DNA of 64,000 nucleotides from the human T2T-CHM13v2.0 reference genome, Homo sapiens, in assembly GCF_009914755.1 (NCBI RefSeq), contig NC_060942.1. One strand, written 5' to 3'. The position numbers were made by a program, and so were the translations under genes. Position 1 is the stretch's first letter. Each line of letters opens with the position of its first letter. Under the pieces are notes generated by a model. It ran no database searches. It had not been told where the DNA came from and saw only the letters and a program-made list of their open reading frames with translations. Shown here piece after piece: positions 37,196-55,533 of the stretch.

Positions 37196-38457
37196 GTATT
37201 GTACAATTATATATGACCCTCCCCAATTTTTCAAGATCAAATTTGTTTTAGGAAGTTGTATTTAGAATTCAAATAAAACTACTATGTTTGCTTCTTAAAG
37301 TGAATAAGATACTTCCATGAGCTCCTCTCCTTCCCTGCTTTCCTCTCCCCTCCCCCATCCCCTTACCCCATACCAGAAAGCTTCTGCAGAGTTCTTTCTC
37401 TACAACAACCCCTGTATTTCCTATATACCTAAATTAAGAAAATAAGAATTCAGTTCTTTATTCCCTTTTGTTGATTATGATTTTATGCTTCAAATTGTCT
37501 AATAAATGAGACTTCTAGATTATAGGCTTCTGCATAAATACCCAGATTATCCCTATTGACTGCATATATTTGTCTCATATAACACTATCCTGAGATATAT
37601 GTTCTAAAGATTTTATAAAAGTTTTTTTTTCTATTTTAGGAGGCTTTTAATTTAGAAAAGGAAAAAGGTGATGCTCCCCACCCCCCACCCCCATCAAAGA
37701 AAATCAGATGCTTGCTTAGAATTGAGAATTTAAGGCTACTGTTTAGGTAACTCCTGTCTGTCAGAAGGGGCATATCCCAAGACTGTTTCTCTCCTTTTGG
37801 AAGTTACAATGTGCTTAAATAGCCTGGCATTTCCAAGAGAGGCCAAAGATCTTTTCCTCTTTTATAACACGTTGTATCCTTTTGAGGCCAAAAAGAACAA
37901 GAGGGTCATTGCCACTTCAGCCTGGTCCCTGTTTGTTCCTTCATGGTGACCACGCAGATACTGAAACCCAGGATGGGCTTAACATTTGGGCCTGGAACAT
38001 CTGGAAAATGGTCAGAGAGGGAGCGGAGGAGGCAGAAGAAAGAGAACTGTTGCATTTTGTTTCACCAGGTGCTAGGAGGAAGCAACATTAGCCTTTTTGA
38101 TATGGGAGGCACATTCTGTGGACCCTGGAGTTAGGCTGCAACAATTGAGGAGGTCAAAGGACAGCTGAGTGGGGTCAGTGAGACACCATGGGGTGTATTT
38201 TGTTACTTAGTAAAAGGAGCAGCCTCCTAAACCTTAAAGGATTCTCTTGAAAATCTGTGTTGTGAAAAGGTTTTATGAGTCTTATGGCAAAAACTCCTGA
38301 TTTATCTAAGGAATGCTCGCTTTTGTCTAATGGAAGGATAATCCTTACCAAATGTTGGCAACGTCTATAAGAGTCAATATAGGTCTGAAAGAACAGTTGG
38401 AGTTTGAAGTGTACTTTGCTTTTCAAAATGTTTATCATTTTAGTGTTTCTCTCTCAG

Positions 38458-38550
38458 GAAGAATTTTGCACTGTTGAAATATCACCTTTTTCTTTCCTTG
38501 GAGCAGAAAGCGGTAGCGGGTGGGGAGTGAGGGAGGGTGGACGGGGAGAG
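38458..38550 (+). other. Candidate cryptic 93-nt 5'UTR cassette exon with G-quadruplex motif
   Basis: Acceptor gtttctctctCAG at 38457, donor GAG|GTAAGC at 38550/38551, five G-runs 38518-38546. Confidence 0.3.
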
Positions 38551-40807
38551 GTAAGCCGGGAACTTACATTAATTTAAAAATCATTCTACAAGCTTTTGGC
38601 CTAATCTGCAAACAAGGTATTATTATTAAACCTTTAAAAACACCAAAACTTGTTAACTCTAAAAAGTAATATTTGAATTTATTTTAACTTACGAGGAAAA
38701 TGGGTGGTACATGAAGTGTCATGTTTCTGGAATACAGATTTTTTTATTTAGTTGTTGATAGAAAGGGCTGTCAGTTGACAAACAACCTTAAATCTTGTGT
38801 TTCTTCCTGAATGTGGTCAAGAAGAAAATCAGTGTCAGAGTCAAGAATAGAGAATAAGAAAAGCAATACAGTAAGGAGTTTTCTCTTTGAAGGGAAATGG
38901 AGAAGGGAAAAATCTGCATATTGTAAAAGCTCTCTTTACCACAACCCATGACCTCAAGAGACCGCTTATATGATTGTGGATACCTTTGAAAGGTATTAGC
39001 CACCTGACAGGTTATGAAAGGAGACTGTTAGAGGAATTTGGCAGTATTTTGATATTCCAGTTTATATACTATCATTTATATTTCAATCTATACACATATA
39101 TAGAGAGAAAGCATATATTACAATGTATATAGTAAGGGAAGAAAGATAAAATGATAAGGCCTATAATAGGCCTTGTTAATTTATAAATTTACAATATCTA
39201 CTACTTGTGTGTGATTTGTTTTGAATTTTTGATAATCACTCGTGTTAAAGGAACATACACATAAATGTAAGGCTTAGCATGTAGTCTGCTCATTTTCTAT
39301 TTTCTCAAGGTTAAAGCACCTTTCAACAACTAATTTAGAAACCTAAGTATAGTGACTGATAATTGCCTAGAGCAAACCCACAGCTGTTTAAGAGGCCTTA
39401 AAATTGTGGCAAAACTGACAAATACGATTAGCAATGTTAATAAGCTAAGAAGATGGAAAGACAGGAGCAGATGACAGAGTGGAAAGATGGAGGTAGCAAG
39501 AAATCATAAAAGAATAGAATGTTTAAGAAAAAAAACAGTGTTCACGGTTGCTTTGAATTTATAGTGCTTTTTCTTTCAAGCAAAGTCTCCTTCTTTTATT
39601 ACTTACTCTCTGAATTACCAGTGGAATGTGTGCTTTGCAGGTTAAATAATTCAAATATATTTGTTCAGCCCCTAATTCACATCTGATTTTGAAAGAAGAC
39701 AGCTATTTGGCAATAGTATTTAAGAAAAACAATCAAGTTTTGCTGATTCTAAGGCACAATTTGATTTGCGGTACTTTTTAGAAGTCAGTTTTAAATGTAC
39801 TTCTGTTTTACTGTAATTACTTTGGGAATTTATTTACCCCTCTTTGTACCCTTGTAATGCTTAGTCACTCAAATATATTACACAGGAGACCTTGTTTCTG
39901 GGTTTAGTGACCCACCATTATCAAAAACAAAACAAAGCCAAAAAAAACCTGTAGAAGTATTTAATGTGTTATTATTACTAATTATCTGGTTAATGTTCAT
40001 AGCCAACTTTGCAAACAACTTTTTTGGGAAAATTAAATGGGGCTAGGTAAATAAGAGAAATCAGTTGAGTGTTAGGTGGAAAATATTTAGTTATCTATGC
40101 CTTTCTCACTATACTTTTTAAAGCATCAGATGAAATTTGGAAAATTATTATAGTATCTTTTGAAATTCTACTCTGCATTTGGGAAATTGGCGAATTGTTT
40201 TTTGCCTCTGGTGTTTTATGCAGATTTTAATGATTGTTGTGATAAATCCCCAGAAGTTTGTTTTCGGAAACCATAGAGACTCTGAACTCTGAATGTGACA
40301 GCGTTGAAAGATGTGGTGAGCCACACTTTGGAAGCATTTCTGGTTATTTAATGTTTTCTGTTCTGGATTATTGACTGTTCTCCCTGTTGAAAAATTGGTC
40401 TCTGGTGACATGGTAGAGGTCACACGTTGCCTATTATTGTTTTGCTTCTTTGATCTTACACAAGGATTGCCTCTGGTAATTATACTAGTTCCAGAGAGTC
40501 TTGACAAGAGGTGTTTATTTTACAGAAGAATTTCTGGCATTTCAAGGAAAAGTAAAGATTTCCAGTGGTAACGTGTACTTCTTTGTTACAAAGGAAAAAC
40601 AGCATTGTAGTCATGATAGTTTTTAGTCATTATTATGAAATTAGTTAGCATAGTACAATAATTATTTCTAAAAAAATTTAATATATATTGCATATCTGTA
40701 AGTATATTGCTAAGAAGGGTAAATTTTAGGATTAAGTTAATAGGGTTGGGTTTTTATTTGAATACCTAAAATACTTTTGGCTTTACAAACTATAAAAATA
40801 AATTTGT

Positions 40808-41042
40808 CCAGCCTGGCCAACATGGTGAAACCCTGTCTCTACTAAATAAATACAAAAATTAGCCAAGCGTGGTGGCACGCGCCTGTAATCTCAGCTACTC
40901 AGGAGGCTGAGGCAGGAGAATCGCTTGAACCCAGGAGGCGGAGGTTACAGTGAGCCACAATCGCACCACCACACTCCAGTCTGGGCAGCAGAGCGAGACT
41001 CCATCTCAAAAAAAAAAAAAAAGAAAAGAAAAGAAAAAAGAA
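40808..41042 (+). mobile_element. Alu, 5'-truncated
   Basis: Starts ccagcctggccaacatgg; TSD aaatttgtcca / aaattcatcca. Confidence 0.92.
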
Positions 41043-41799
41043 ATTCATCCAAATTTCCAAATTTAAATGTACAAAACTATTAAAGGAGTTTAAAATTTTT
41101 GTCTTTTAATCTGTTTGCACTTTCTAAACATTCTCAGCAAAAGGATGAATAAAAATGAAATAAAGCACTTCTGTTTTGAATGCATGGTTAGCTTTGTGCT
41201 TTTATGGAATGTGCTTGGGAAGAGATATCTCTTCAGACCTGTTTAATATATAATTGGATAAGACACAAAAGCTCAATTTATTCATTTTTTTTTACTCAGT
41301 TCCAGCTTTAAACAAATTATATGTCCCCCAAAACTCACAATCTATTGGGGGAAGTTAGACAGATACTAGACCCAACTAACTATAATTGAGAATGACAAAT
41401 ATCAATTTAAAAGAATAAATGAAATGCTCAGAGAGCACAAAAGAGAAAGAACAAAAATATGTAATAGTTTAATATTTTGGATTTGAGACTGAAAACTTAC
41501 AGGAAGTGTGTTTGGTTTATTTGTCTGAGAGTCATACATTATTCACTCTCATCAGGGAATGTTTTTAATAGAGAAAGAGCATATAAGCAGAAATACAGTA
41601 ACAAATAATTTTGTTATACAAAGAGTTTTATCACTGTAAGGGACAGTCATAATCTATCCTATAGAATTATTCTACAGATGAAGAAACTGAGCTTGAGATA
41701 GGTTAGGGGACTTGTTCAAGATCACATTAGTAGGGACACAGCCAAGCCTCTTAGAACTTAAGAAATCTTTTATCTCTCAATCATTGTACATACTCTAGA

Positions 41800-42310
<511 letters not shown>

Positions 42311-42563
42311 GTTCTTGGTGTCAAAGGTCATCTCATGATTTGTATATATGATTGTACAATTTCTTAATAAATAAATTGTATATAGTGCCAAATAGCAGCC
42401 TTTGGAACTTTTACATTATTTTTCCTAGAAACAAGGCTCCAGAATCTACTGTAGTGCCCAACTTTTATAAAGGAAAGAATGCATCTTACTTTTCTTCATA
42501 TCCTCAACGTGGCACAATGATACAATTTTTTTTTTTTTTTTTAAAGTAAAAATGGTTGCTACT

Positions 42564-42858
<295 letters not shown>

Positions 42859-43208
42859 GGTGCTACTATGACTACCAACATTTTCTGCACTTTTTTTCTG
42901 TGCCAGGCACTATTCTAAAAACTTATTACTGTATGTAAAATCTCATGTGTTTTCACAAAAATCTATGAAATTGAAAGTACTGTCTCCATTTTACAGATGA
43001 AAGATTGAACAATTTGCCCAATATCATACTAGGAGTAGGTGGGTACAGGATTTGAATTAAGGTCATTGGACTCCTGAGTCAATGTAATTAATCCCTATGA
43101 CAGTAGTATTTCTATAAATGCTGAGTGATTAATTGTTAAAGTTTAGAAAGTGACATCTGTAAAGAAAAAGGTAATAGAAAACTACGAAGTTATACAAATT
43201 TGTCTCTC

Positions 43209-43503
43209 TTTTTTTTTTTTTTTTGAGACAGAGTCTCGCTCTGTTGCCCAGGCTGGAGTTCAATGGCATGATCTCGGCTCACTGCAACCTCCGCCTCCCG
43301 AGTTCAAGCAGTTATCTGCCTCAGTCTCCCAAGTAGCTGGGATTACAGGCACCCGCCACCCCGCCAGGCCAATTTTTGTATTTTTAGTAGAGACAGGGTT
43401 TCACCATCTTGGCCAGGCTGGTCTTGAACTCCTGACCTTGTGATCCACCTGCCTCAGCCTCCCAAAGTGCTAGGATTACAGGCATAAGCCACCGTGCCCG
43501 GCC
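43209..43503 (-). mobile_element. Alu
   Basis: TSD caaatttgtct. Confidence 0.95.
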
Positions 43504-43538
43504 CCAAATTTGTCTTTTTAGTATTATACCTGACACGA

Positions 43539-44109
<571 letters not shown>

Positions 44110-44368
44110 TTCTAGAGGGATGACTAAATTCATGATACCCTTTGGCAGGAATGCTTCCTAGGTGGTGAGTGTGCTTCATATCGTCTCCACTGAGAAGGCA
44201 CGCATCATCTCACTGCCTCACTTTTAGTGATGCTAAGCTCAACCAGTGGGTTCAGGAGGTGACAGCGGGATCTCTCCATTATAAAGTTCCCTATCAACCT
44301 TCTGTCTCATGGTTTCACTTATTACCATTGCCTGCATGAATTTTTCATTAGGGGTTACAAAGTGATAA

Positions 44369-44710
<342 letters not shown>

Positions 44711-45002
44711 TAGCTGGAATTCTTCTTTTAAAAAAATTCAAACTCTCAATAATCAGGACTATTTGGTTACTTGGAAGTACAGAAAGAGCAGAATAAATGC
44801 TTTGTTCTTTTCTTTTTGAAGTACAGAAAGAGTAGAATAAATGCTTTGCTCTTTTCTTTTCCTGCTTGTAGTGCTTTGTTTTTGTCTTTCCAAAGGAGCT
44901 CTTGCTTTTTCTCCTGTAGTAGCAAAATTAATTTGTGAATTTTTATATTTTAAATTGCTTTGGTCAGTTGGATTTATTCTCTTTTATGTTTGGTTTCTCT
45001 AA

Positions 45003-45365
<363 letters not shown>

Positions 45366-45904
45366 TAGTTCTTGATAACCTTTGCTTTCTTGTTCAGATG
45401 TTCGAGGCTCATCTGGAGTATTCCCTGCCCCAGACTTGGAACTGGTCATACCTTGAAAAAATCTTGATTCCTTTCAGTGTGGAAGGCATTAGGCCACTAC
45501 AATCAGAGTATAGGAAGTGCTTATTAATAGTAATTGAATGGTATTGCTTCTCAGATTTTTCAGTAGACAAAGCTTAGAAATACATATTTTAAAACTTCAA
45601 ATGAGTTATTACTTAGAATATGTACATCCCCATCTACCTGTACCACAGCTTACTTTGCTGTTAAAATCACACAACCCCAAATTAGTGTTTTAGATTCAGT
45701 TCTTTTTCTTTTAGCTTGTACATGATCTTTTTAAAAATCAGTGTTTTTCTTGTTCTTCCTTGTCATTTCCTTTTTAAAAATACTTTTAAAAATTAATGTT
45801 TATTTGTTCCAGATAGTTGGTATTAAAAGAAACTTTTATTAAAACCCCAAGTGCAGTACTTGAAAATATATTTATACTTAATCAAAAGGGGAACTTTTTT
45901 CCTT

Positions 45905-46081
45905 TTCCTTTTTTTTTTTTTTTTTTTCCACACAGGGTCTCATTCTGTCAGCCAGGCTGGAGTGCAGTGGCATGATCATGACTCACTGCAGCCTCAACTT
46001 CTGGGCTCAAGCAGTTCTCCCACCTCAGCCTCCCAAGTAGCTGAGACTACAGGCACCTGCCACCAATCTTGGCTAATTTTT
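45905..46081 (-). mobile_element. Alu right arm (AluJ/FRAM-like)
   Basis: catgatcatgactcactgcagcctcaac; left arm absent. Confidence 0.85.
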
Positions 46082-46093
46082 GATGTGAGGAGG

Positions 46094-46419
46094 TTTTTTG
46101 TTTTGTTTTGTTTTGTTTTTTGTTTTTGTTTTTTTTTTTGAGATGGAGTCTCACTCTGTTGCCCTGGCTGGAATGCAGTGGCACGAACTTGGCTCACTGC
46201 AAACCTCCGCCTCCTGGGTTCAAGCGATTCTTCTGCCTCAGCCTCCCGAGTAGCTGGGACTATAGGCACGCACCACCACGCCCGGCTAATTTTTGTATTT
46301 TTAGTAGAGACGGGTTTCACCATCTTGGCCAGGCTGGTCTCGAACTTCTGACCTCGTGATTCATCCACCTCAGCCTCCCAAAGTGCTGGGATTACAGGCG
46401 TGAGCCACCGCACCTGGCC
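46094..46419 (-). mobile_element. Alu
   Basis: TSD tgatgtgaggag. Confidence 0.95.
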
Positions 46420-46928
46420 CTGATGTGAGGAGTTTTTTATTAGAGCGGTACGGTTATTTTGTTGTGATTTTTAAAATTGTTATTTGGCTTTGTGACTCTT
46501 AGGCTCATATCTTAAGTTAAAATTTCCTTTTCAGCCTGTCTTGCAACTGTGATAAATAGAGATGAGGCCACATCAGCAAACAAACATTTTCTTTTCTGAT
46601 TTTTTTCTTTGGAGGTCAGCAGTTTTATAGTACATTACCAAGCATTCATTTACCCAATTGGGCCATCTTGGTCAGTGGGTTAGTAGCTTAATGGTCTGAG
46701 TGATAAAGATAGCACCTAAGAGAGCTGCTTCTGAGCCAAACTGATTTGGTTCTACCCTGTTTACCTGTTTCCTTGTAGGGTGATCTTAGGCAAGTTCCTT
46801 AACTTCTCTAAGCCTCAGTTATCTTGAAAATGTGAGTAATAATAGTGCTTGCTCGGCACTTAGTAAGCTCTCCATGCTACTCTTGCAATCACTGAAGGGA
46901 TGCTTTCTTTCACATTTTTTGACAATAA

Positions 46929-46995
46929 CTACCACCACCACCACCATCACCACCACCACCACCACCATCACTACTGCTAGTAATAATAACAACAG
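46929..46995. repeat. (ACC)n trinucleotide repeat grading into ACT/AAT/AAC units
   Basis: accaccaccaccaccatcaccaccaccaccaccaccatcactact. Confidence 0.9.
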
Positions 46996-47188
46996 CTACT
47001 ATTATATTAACTGCCAGTAATGCCTGCCATTGTAACATGTGCTTCACATACAACTTTAACTACAAGTATGACTGTATATTCTGAAATCAATGCTTTAATT
47101 CTAAAAAGTCTTTGAGAGTTAAGGGAAAATTTTATCACTGAGGAGGGCATTTCTCTCTCTCTCTCTCTGCTGTATACTTTTTTAAAAT

Positions 47189-47474
47189 TTTTTTGAGATG
47201 GAGTTTTGCTCTTGTTGCCCAGGCTGGAGTGCAATGGCGTGATCTCGGCTCACTGCAACCTCCACTCCAGGGTTCAAGTGATTCTCCTGCCTCAGCCTCC
47301 CAAGTAGCTGGGATTACAGGCGCCTGCCACCATGCCTGGCTATTTTTTGTGTTTTTAGTAGAGACGGGGTTTTGCAATGTTGGCCAGGCTGGTCTCAAAC
47401 TCCTGACCTCAGGTGATCCACCCACCACCTCAGCTTCCCAAAGTGCTGGGATTACAGGAATGAGCCACCTGGCC
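47189..47474 (-). mobile_element. Alu
   Basis: Antisense dimer. Confidence 0.95.
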
Positions 47475-47580
47475 TATTTTTAAGAAAAAAAAAAAAAAAG
47501 CAAAAACAAAGAACTGAGGGGCCCAAAAATCTCACGTCACTTCTGTAGATTCTAAGACATAATTATGAAAAAATAGACAG

Positions 47581-47990
<410 letters not shown>

Positions 47991-48552
47991 TTATTGTAAA
48001 ATTACAAAAGGACAAACTATATTAAATATTTTGTCATAGCACTACAGACCTCTGAGATATTAACAAGCACTTCTGTGACTTTGAGAAAATGTCAAAGAAA
48101 AGGACAGTAAAAAATATGAGCAAATCTTTCTGCACCCCTAATTAATTGCTCCAAATGCAGACTGGATCAACTACAAACCACCACAACATTGTGGTTTGCA
48201 GCCTTTCTGCTCTATCCTTTTCCCTTTTTCCACAGAAAGAAAAATTGCAGAATGGTGATGTGGGTAAAACAGGCAGCCTCTATCCCCGGTGACTTTAGAA
48301 AGTGGGGCTAGAGAGGTTGGAAGGAAAAAAAAAAAGAGTAGCTTGGGAAATAGGTGCCTGCTAATGCTTCCACGCCTCTCCTCAATTCTCCTTTTCCTTT
48401 TGAAAATGGAAAAAAGTAGTAATGCACTCTGAGGGACAGTACTCCTTAACCTGTATGTTTTCATTTCCTTTTTGTGAAAGGTTTCTTAGTTAATAATTAC
48501 TCTTATTATTAAAACTGTACTTCTATAGTATTTATTAAGTACATAGCAGAGA

Positions 48553-48977
<425 letters not shown>

Positions 48978-48979
48978 CA

Positions 48980-49085
48980 GAGACAAGGTATCATTATGTT
49001 GCTGGTCTCAAACTCCTGGCCTCAAGCAATCCTACCTCAGCCCCCAAAGTGATGAGATTACAGGTACAAGCCACCATGCCTGTCC
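48980..49085 (-). mobile_element. Alu left-arm monomer
   Basis: gctggtctcaaactcctggcctcaagcaatcc..gccaccatgcc. Confidence 0.8.
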
Positions 49086-49429
49086 AGAAGTTGCCTTTCT
49101 TTTTGCATTTGATGTAATGACTAGTTTTGAAAAGTATCTTTCCATCTTCTGCCTGAAGTCAAATTTATTCACATTGACTTCCAGTCAGGTGTTACACCAT
49201 CTCAGGCATGGGGGCTCTTTGAGATTTAGAGGAAACGGAGGCTGGTGGATAATGCCAACAATTTCAGTGACCCTGAATACCATGGCATATGACATTTAGA
49301 ATATATTACACAGACGTCCTTTGAACTCCACCCTTCTTCTTTGGGTAGCATTGGGATATCAAGGGCAGAACTCCATAGTCAGCACTAAATTAAGTCTGGG
49401 GTCAGTTACGTAATTCTTTACATTACCAT

Positions 49430-49733
49430 TATTTATTTTTATTTTTTATTTTATTTTATTTTTTGAGACAGAGTCTTGCTGTGTTGCCCAGGCTGGAGTG
49501 CAGCAGCGCCATCTTGGCTCACTGCGACCTCAGGAGATTCTCCTGCCTCAGCCTTCAGAATAGCTGGGACTACAGGAGCACACCACCATGCCTGGTTAAT
49601 TTTTTGTATTTTTAGTAGAGGCAGGGTTTTGCCATGTTGGCCAGGCTGGTCTCAAACTCCTGACCTCAGGTGATCTGCCTGCCTTGGCCTCCCAAAGTGC
49701 TGGGATTACAGGCGTGAGCCACCGCACCTAGCC
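49430..49733 (-). mobile_element. Alu with internal deletion in right arm
   Basis: gcgacctcaggagattctcc; TSD accattat. Confidence 0.92.
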
Positions 49734-49930
49734 ACCATTATCATTTTTTAAATGCCCTGTTATGTTTTTATTTGGAATAGAGTCAGCTAATTCCTTTTAT
49801 TCTACCAAGTCTCAGCAGGGAATAGATACTTCCCATTGACTTCATCTGAATATTGCTAATGCTTTTGTAGGATTCTGTATGTCTTCTGTAATGGTGAAAC
49901 TCCATTGCCCATTTTTAAATTAATTTAGTG

Positions 49931-50094
49931 TTTTTTTTTTCGGGGGGGGACAGGATCTTGCTCTGTCACCCAGGCTGGAATGCTATGGCACAATCATAGC
50001 TCACTGCAACCTCCAACTCCTGAGCTCAAGTGATCCTCCCTCCTCAGTCTTCCAAAGTGCTGGGATTCCAGGCATGAGCCACCAGGCCCAGCCT
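49931..50094 (-). mobile_element. Alu monomer (FRAM-like or arm-to-arm recombinant)
   Basis: Right-arm 3' end runs directly into left-arm-type 5' end; about 160 bp. Confidence 0.8.
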
Positions 50095-50235
50095 GATTTA
50101 ATATTTTTATTCAGCATGATATTTATCTGTTGTTTATATATGTTCTGTCGTATTACTCCTTAAACTCTAAGTTGAAGAGATTGAGATTATGTGATCCTCC
50201 ATGTATAACTGGGTACTTTTTAAAAATTAAACTAA

Positions 50236-50561
<326 letters not shown>

Positions 50562-51877
50562 AGGTTTTCAAGATTTTCAATGATGAAAGGAAGATAACTT
50601 GTTGGAGTGGTAATAGATTAAGAGGCAGCAATATTTCCAGACATTGGTGCTCTGGAAAAAGGCTGAAAGTTCACTTTTGATGTTATTTCATTGTTCACAG
50701 ATAAGCAATCCTATGGTTAACTCTGTGCTAGTTCCTGGTCCTTTTCTCTCTTTAGCAAGGAAGGTGAAATGGTTGTTGGATTTTGGTTTAGACGCATAAA
50801 CTAGTGGCACAGCCTATTTCTCCTCCAACCTTCCCCCTGTTTTGATCACGTGTGGTGCTGCTGAAAAGTAAATTACTTCTGAGCTTTAAAAATTTTTAAT
50901 GTTTGTATTGTACTGGTGGGGAGTCTTAGGAGCCTGGCCAAAAACTTGGTGTTTCAGGAACATTTCAGTTGACAGACTTTGTTGATTTTCTTCTATTTCT
51001 TCATCTTTTAATTGGGTATTTTATATACATATGCAACTTGTAATTGGGTATTGTACATTTTGAGTATAAACTTTTTGTAAAAAAGAAACCTAACAATTTA
51101 AATTCATGGCATTTTGTTTTTATTACTTATATCAGAAAAGTTGCCAAAATAGGACCCTGGCTTTTTCTTCAAATCATAGGAATCTCTAATAAAGCTTTGA
51201 CAAACCCAGCCACTCTGATGGAAATCATCGCATACTACGCACTGCCACCAGGAATCACATCAGAAGTCTTCTTTGCTGTGTAAAAGTAGCTCAGGGGCAC
51301 CAAAATCTTCTGCAGAGCTTTAGTGTGTGTCTGGGAAACTTGAGATAGAGTTGTGGATTCCCATGCATCATCTCCTCCCTGCTCATGAGTGGGCACGCTG
51401 GGTGTTGGCGCCCTTTCCTGATGAACACTGATGCATCCTCAGGGTTCTTCTCAACCAGTCCTCCAGGGACTCTCTCCAGGGAGTTAATCAGAGTTGGCAT
51501 TCCAGATAAATTTTAAATTCGATCCCTCTCTTTGATAGAAGGGGGGCCTAAGATATTCTCAAAATTACCTGTCTTGAAATGAGATTTATCCAAGGTGAGG
51601 CTGTACAGTAAGAGTGCGGGCTTTGTCATCACATGACTAGATACTGAGTCCTGGCTCTATCCCTTAATAGTTGAATGGTAGTGAACTGGTCACTTCGTTT
51701 CTTCAAGTTTTGGTTTTTTGTTTTGTTTTTTAATCTGTGAAATGGAAAGAGGTCATACCTTTTTCAGAATACTGAGGATTAAATACAACAATTTTTGTAA
51801 AGTGCTTAGTAGACTATCTAGCCCAATAGTTCTCAGATTGTTAGTATTAGAACCCATTTATACTGTTAAAGATTATT

Positions 51878-52543
<666 letters not shown>

Positions 52544-53120
52544 TTATGAATATGTATTACTTTTAGAAATTATAATAAAACCCCACTGTATATGAACATA
52601 GATAGCATATTTTATGAAAAATAATTGTATTTTCCAAAGACAAGTTAGTGAGTAGCTTATGTGCTTCTGCATTCAACCTGTTGCAATATCACACATCCTG
52701 CAGATTCTGGAAAATTCCATGTACACATATGAGTGAATCAGAGTCAAAAAGACAAATAATATCCTAGTAGTAGTTTGATGATGTGCCCAGGAATGGACAG
52801 CTGACCCATTTCTAGCCAGAGATTCAAGGAAAAGTTTGCTGGGAAGAGGCATTCCGTTCCAAATAAAGAGACCAAGGTTTCTAAAAAGAAGGTCTTTTGC
52901 CCTTTTGATTATTTGGAATGTAGACATGATGCTTTGGTTTGTCACAGCTGTTTGGGGACAAGATCGAGAGTAAAAGTCAACACATTCAGGGTGATGGAGC
53001 AGAATGACAGGAAGAGCTCTGTTCTTGAGAGCACTGTTGAACAGCTGAACCAGCTCCTACAAGCCTTACCTACCAGCTTTGAACAAAAAAAAATTTTGTT
53101 TAAATAGTTTCAGATAGTTT

Positions 53121-53422
53121 TGGCTGAGTGTGGTGGCTCATGCCTATAATCCCAGCACTTTGGGAAGCCCAGGCAGGTGGATCACTTGAGGTCAGGAGTT
53201 TGAGACCAGCCTGGCCAACATGGGGAAACTGCGTCTCTACTAAAAATACGAAAATTAGCCTGGTATGGTGCTGTGTGCCTGTAGTCCCAGCTACTTGGGA
53301 GGCTGAGGAGAGTTGCTTGAACCTGGGAGGCGGAGGTTGCACTGAGCCAAGATTGTGCCACTGCACTCCAGCCTGGGTAACAGAGTAAGTGAGACTGTGT
53401 CTCAAAAAAATTTTTAAAAAAA
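53121..53422 (+). mobile_element. Alu
   Basis: TSD atagttttg. Confidence 0.95.
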
Positions 53423-53522
53423 TAGTTTTGACTTTGTGGACCATCAGAAGGGTAGGGTCTTGGCCCCACCTCCACCCCCAAGACCCTTTGAGTATCATTA
53501 GCCATTAATTAGCACCCAATAA

Positions 53523-53843
<321 letters not shown>

Positions 53844-54568
53844 CCTATACATGGAAATTTTTATAACCAGCAAGTACTATAGTACTATATAAATATTAGT
53901 GATGAGAAGTAAAGGTCATGACTTCAAAGTTTTTTGCCATATACTTAATTGAAGGGTCCCAAATAAGATTGTACTTCAGATGAAGCAAAAGAAATAACAG
54001 TGTTTTTCAAATACTAGTAATACATAAATGAATTATTCAAGTTGAAAACGCTCGTCTTGCTTTCAGAAATTTAATTAAATATATAACCATAAAACTTTCA
54101 TTTTTTTTCCAGAAGAGAGCCTTTTTCCCCCATCTAGAGTAATAGATCTTTGTAAAGAGAAAATTCATTACTTACTCTGAAACCACTGATAGAGTTTCTA
54201 GGGAGTTATAGTAGCCTCCTATAAAGGTGATATGGCCACATTGTTAACCAGGTTGGGATTCATGACTGACAGGTCAGTCTTGATTTACTGGTTGGAGAGC
54301 CTTGACTTAAGCATTTATTACTGTTATAGATACAAAATCCCTCAAAGGGGCTTTTTGAGTTGGGTTTGGGCTGTGAAGACAAAAAGCACACGTGACATGA
54401 TAACAAGTAACTTACACAAGCTGTCTTAAGATCTCTGGGTAGTTCATATATTTCACATCTTAACAAGATATATGGACATAGTTTAAATTAGCTCTACCTG
54501 TACTTTGAGACATAGAACCTCTAATTATATCAATTTTATCCTTTCTTCTTTTTCTTGGGGATGGGTAG

Positions 54569-55072
<504 letters not shown>

Positions 55073-55236
55073 ACTGGACTCCTTTTTTAAAAAGTGGGAT
55101 TCTTGTTTTAGAAGTGGGGATTCCAAATCTTGGGACCTCTGAGATAAATTGGCTAAATGTTAGAAAATGCTAGACCTTTTTTCTTCAATTATGTCTTTCA
55201 GAACTGTGCATTTTTCCATAAGCATCTTTTTATTAA

Positions 55237-55533
<297 letters not shown>

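Noticed and set aside
39157-39175. Short palindrome aaggcctat-a-ataggcctt (also agtactatagtact near 53873)
   Set aside because: Close to chance expectation; no supporting context
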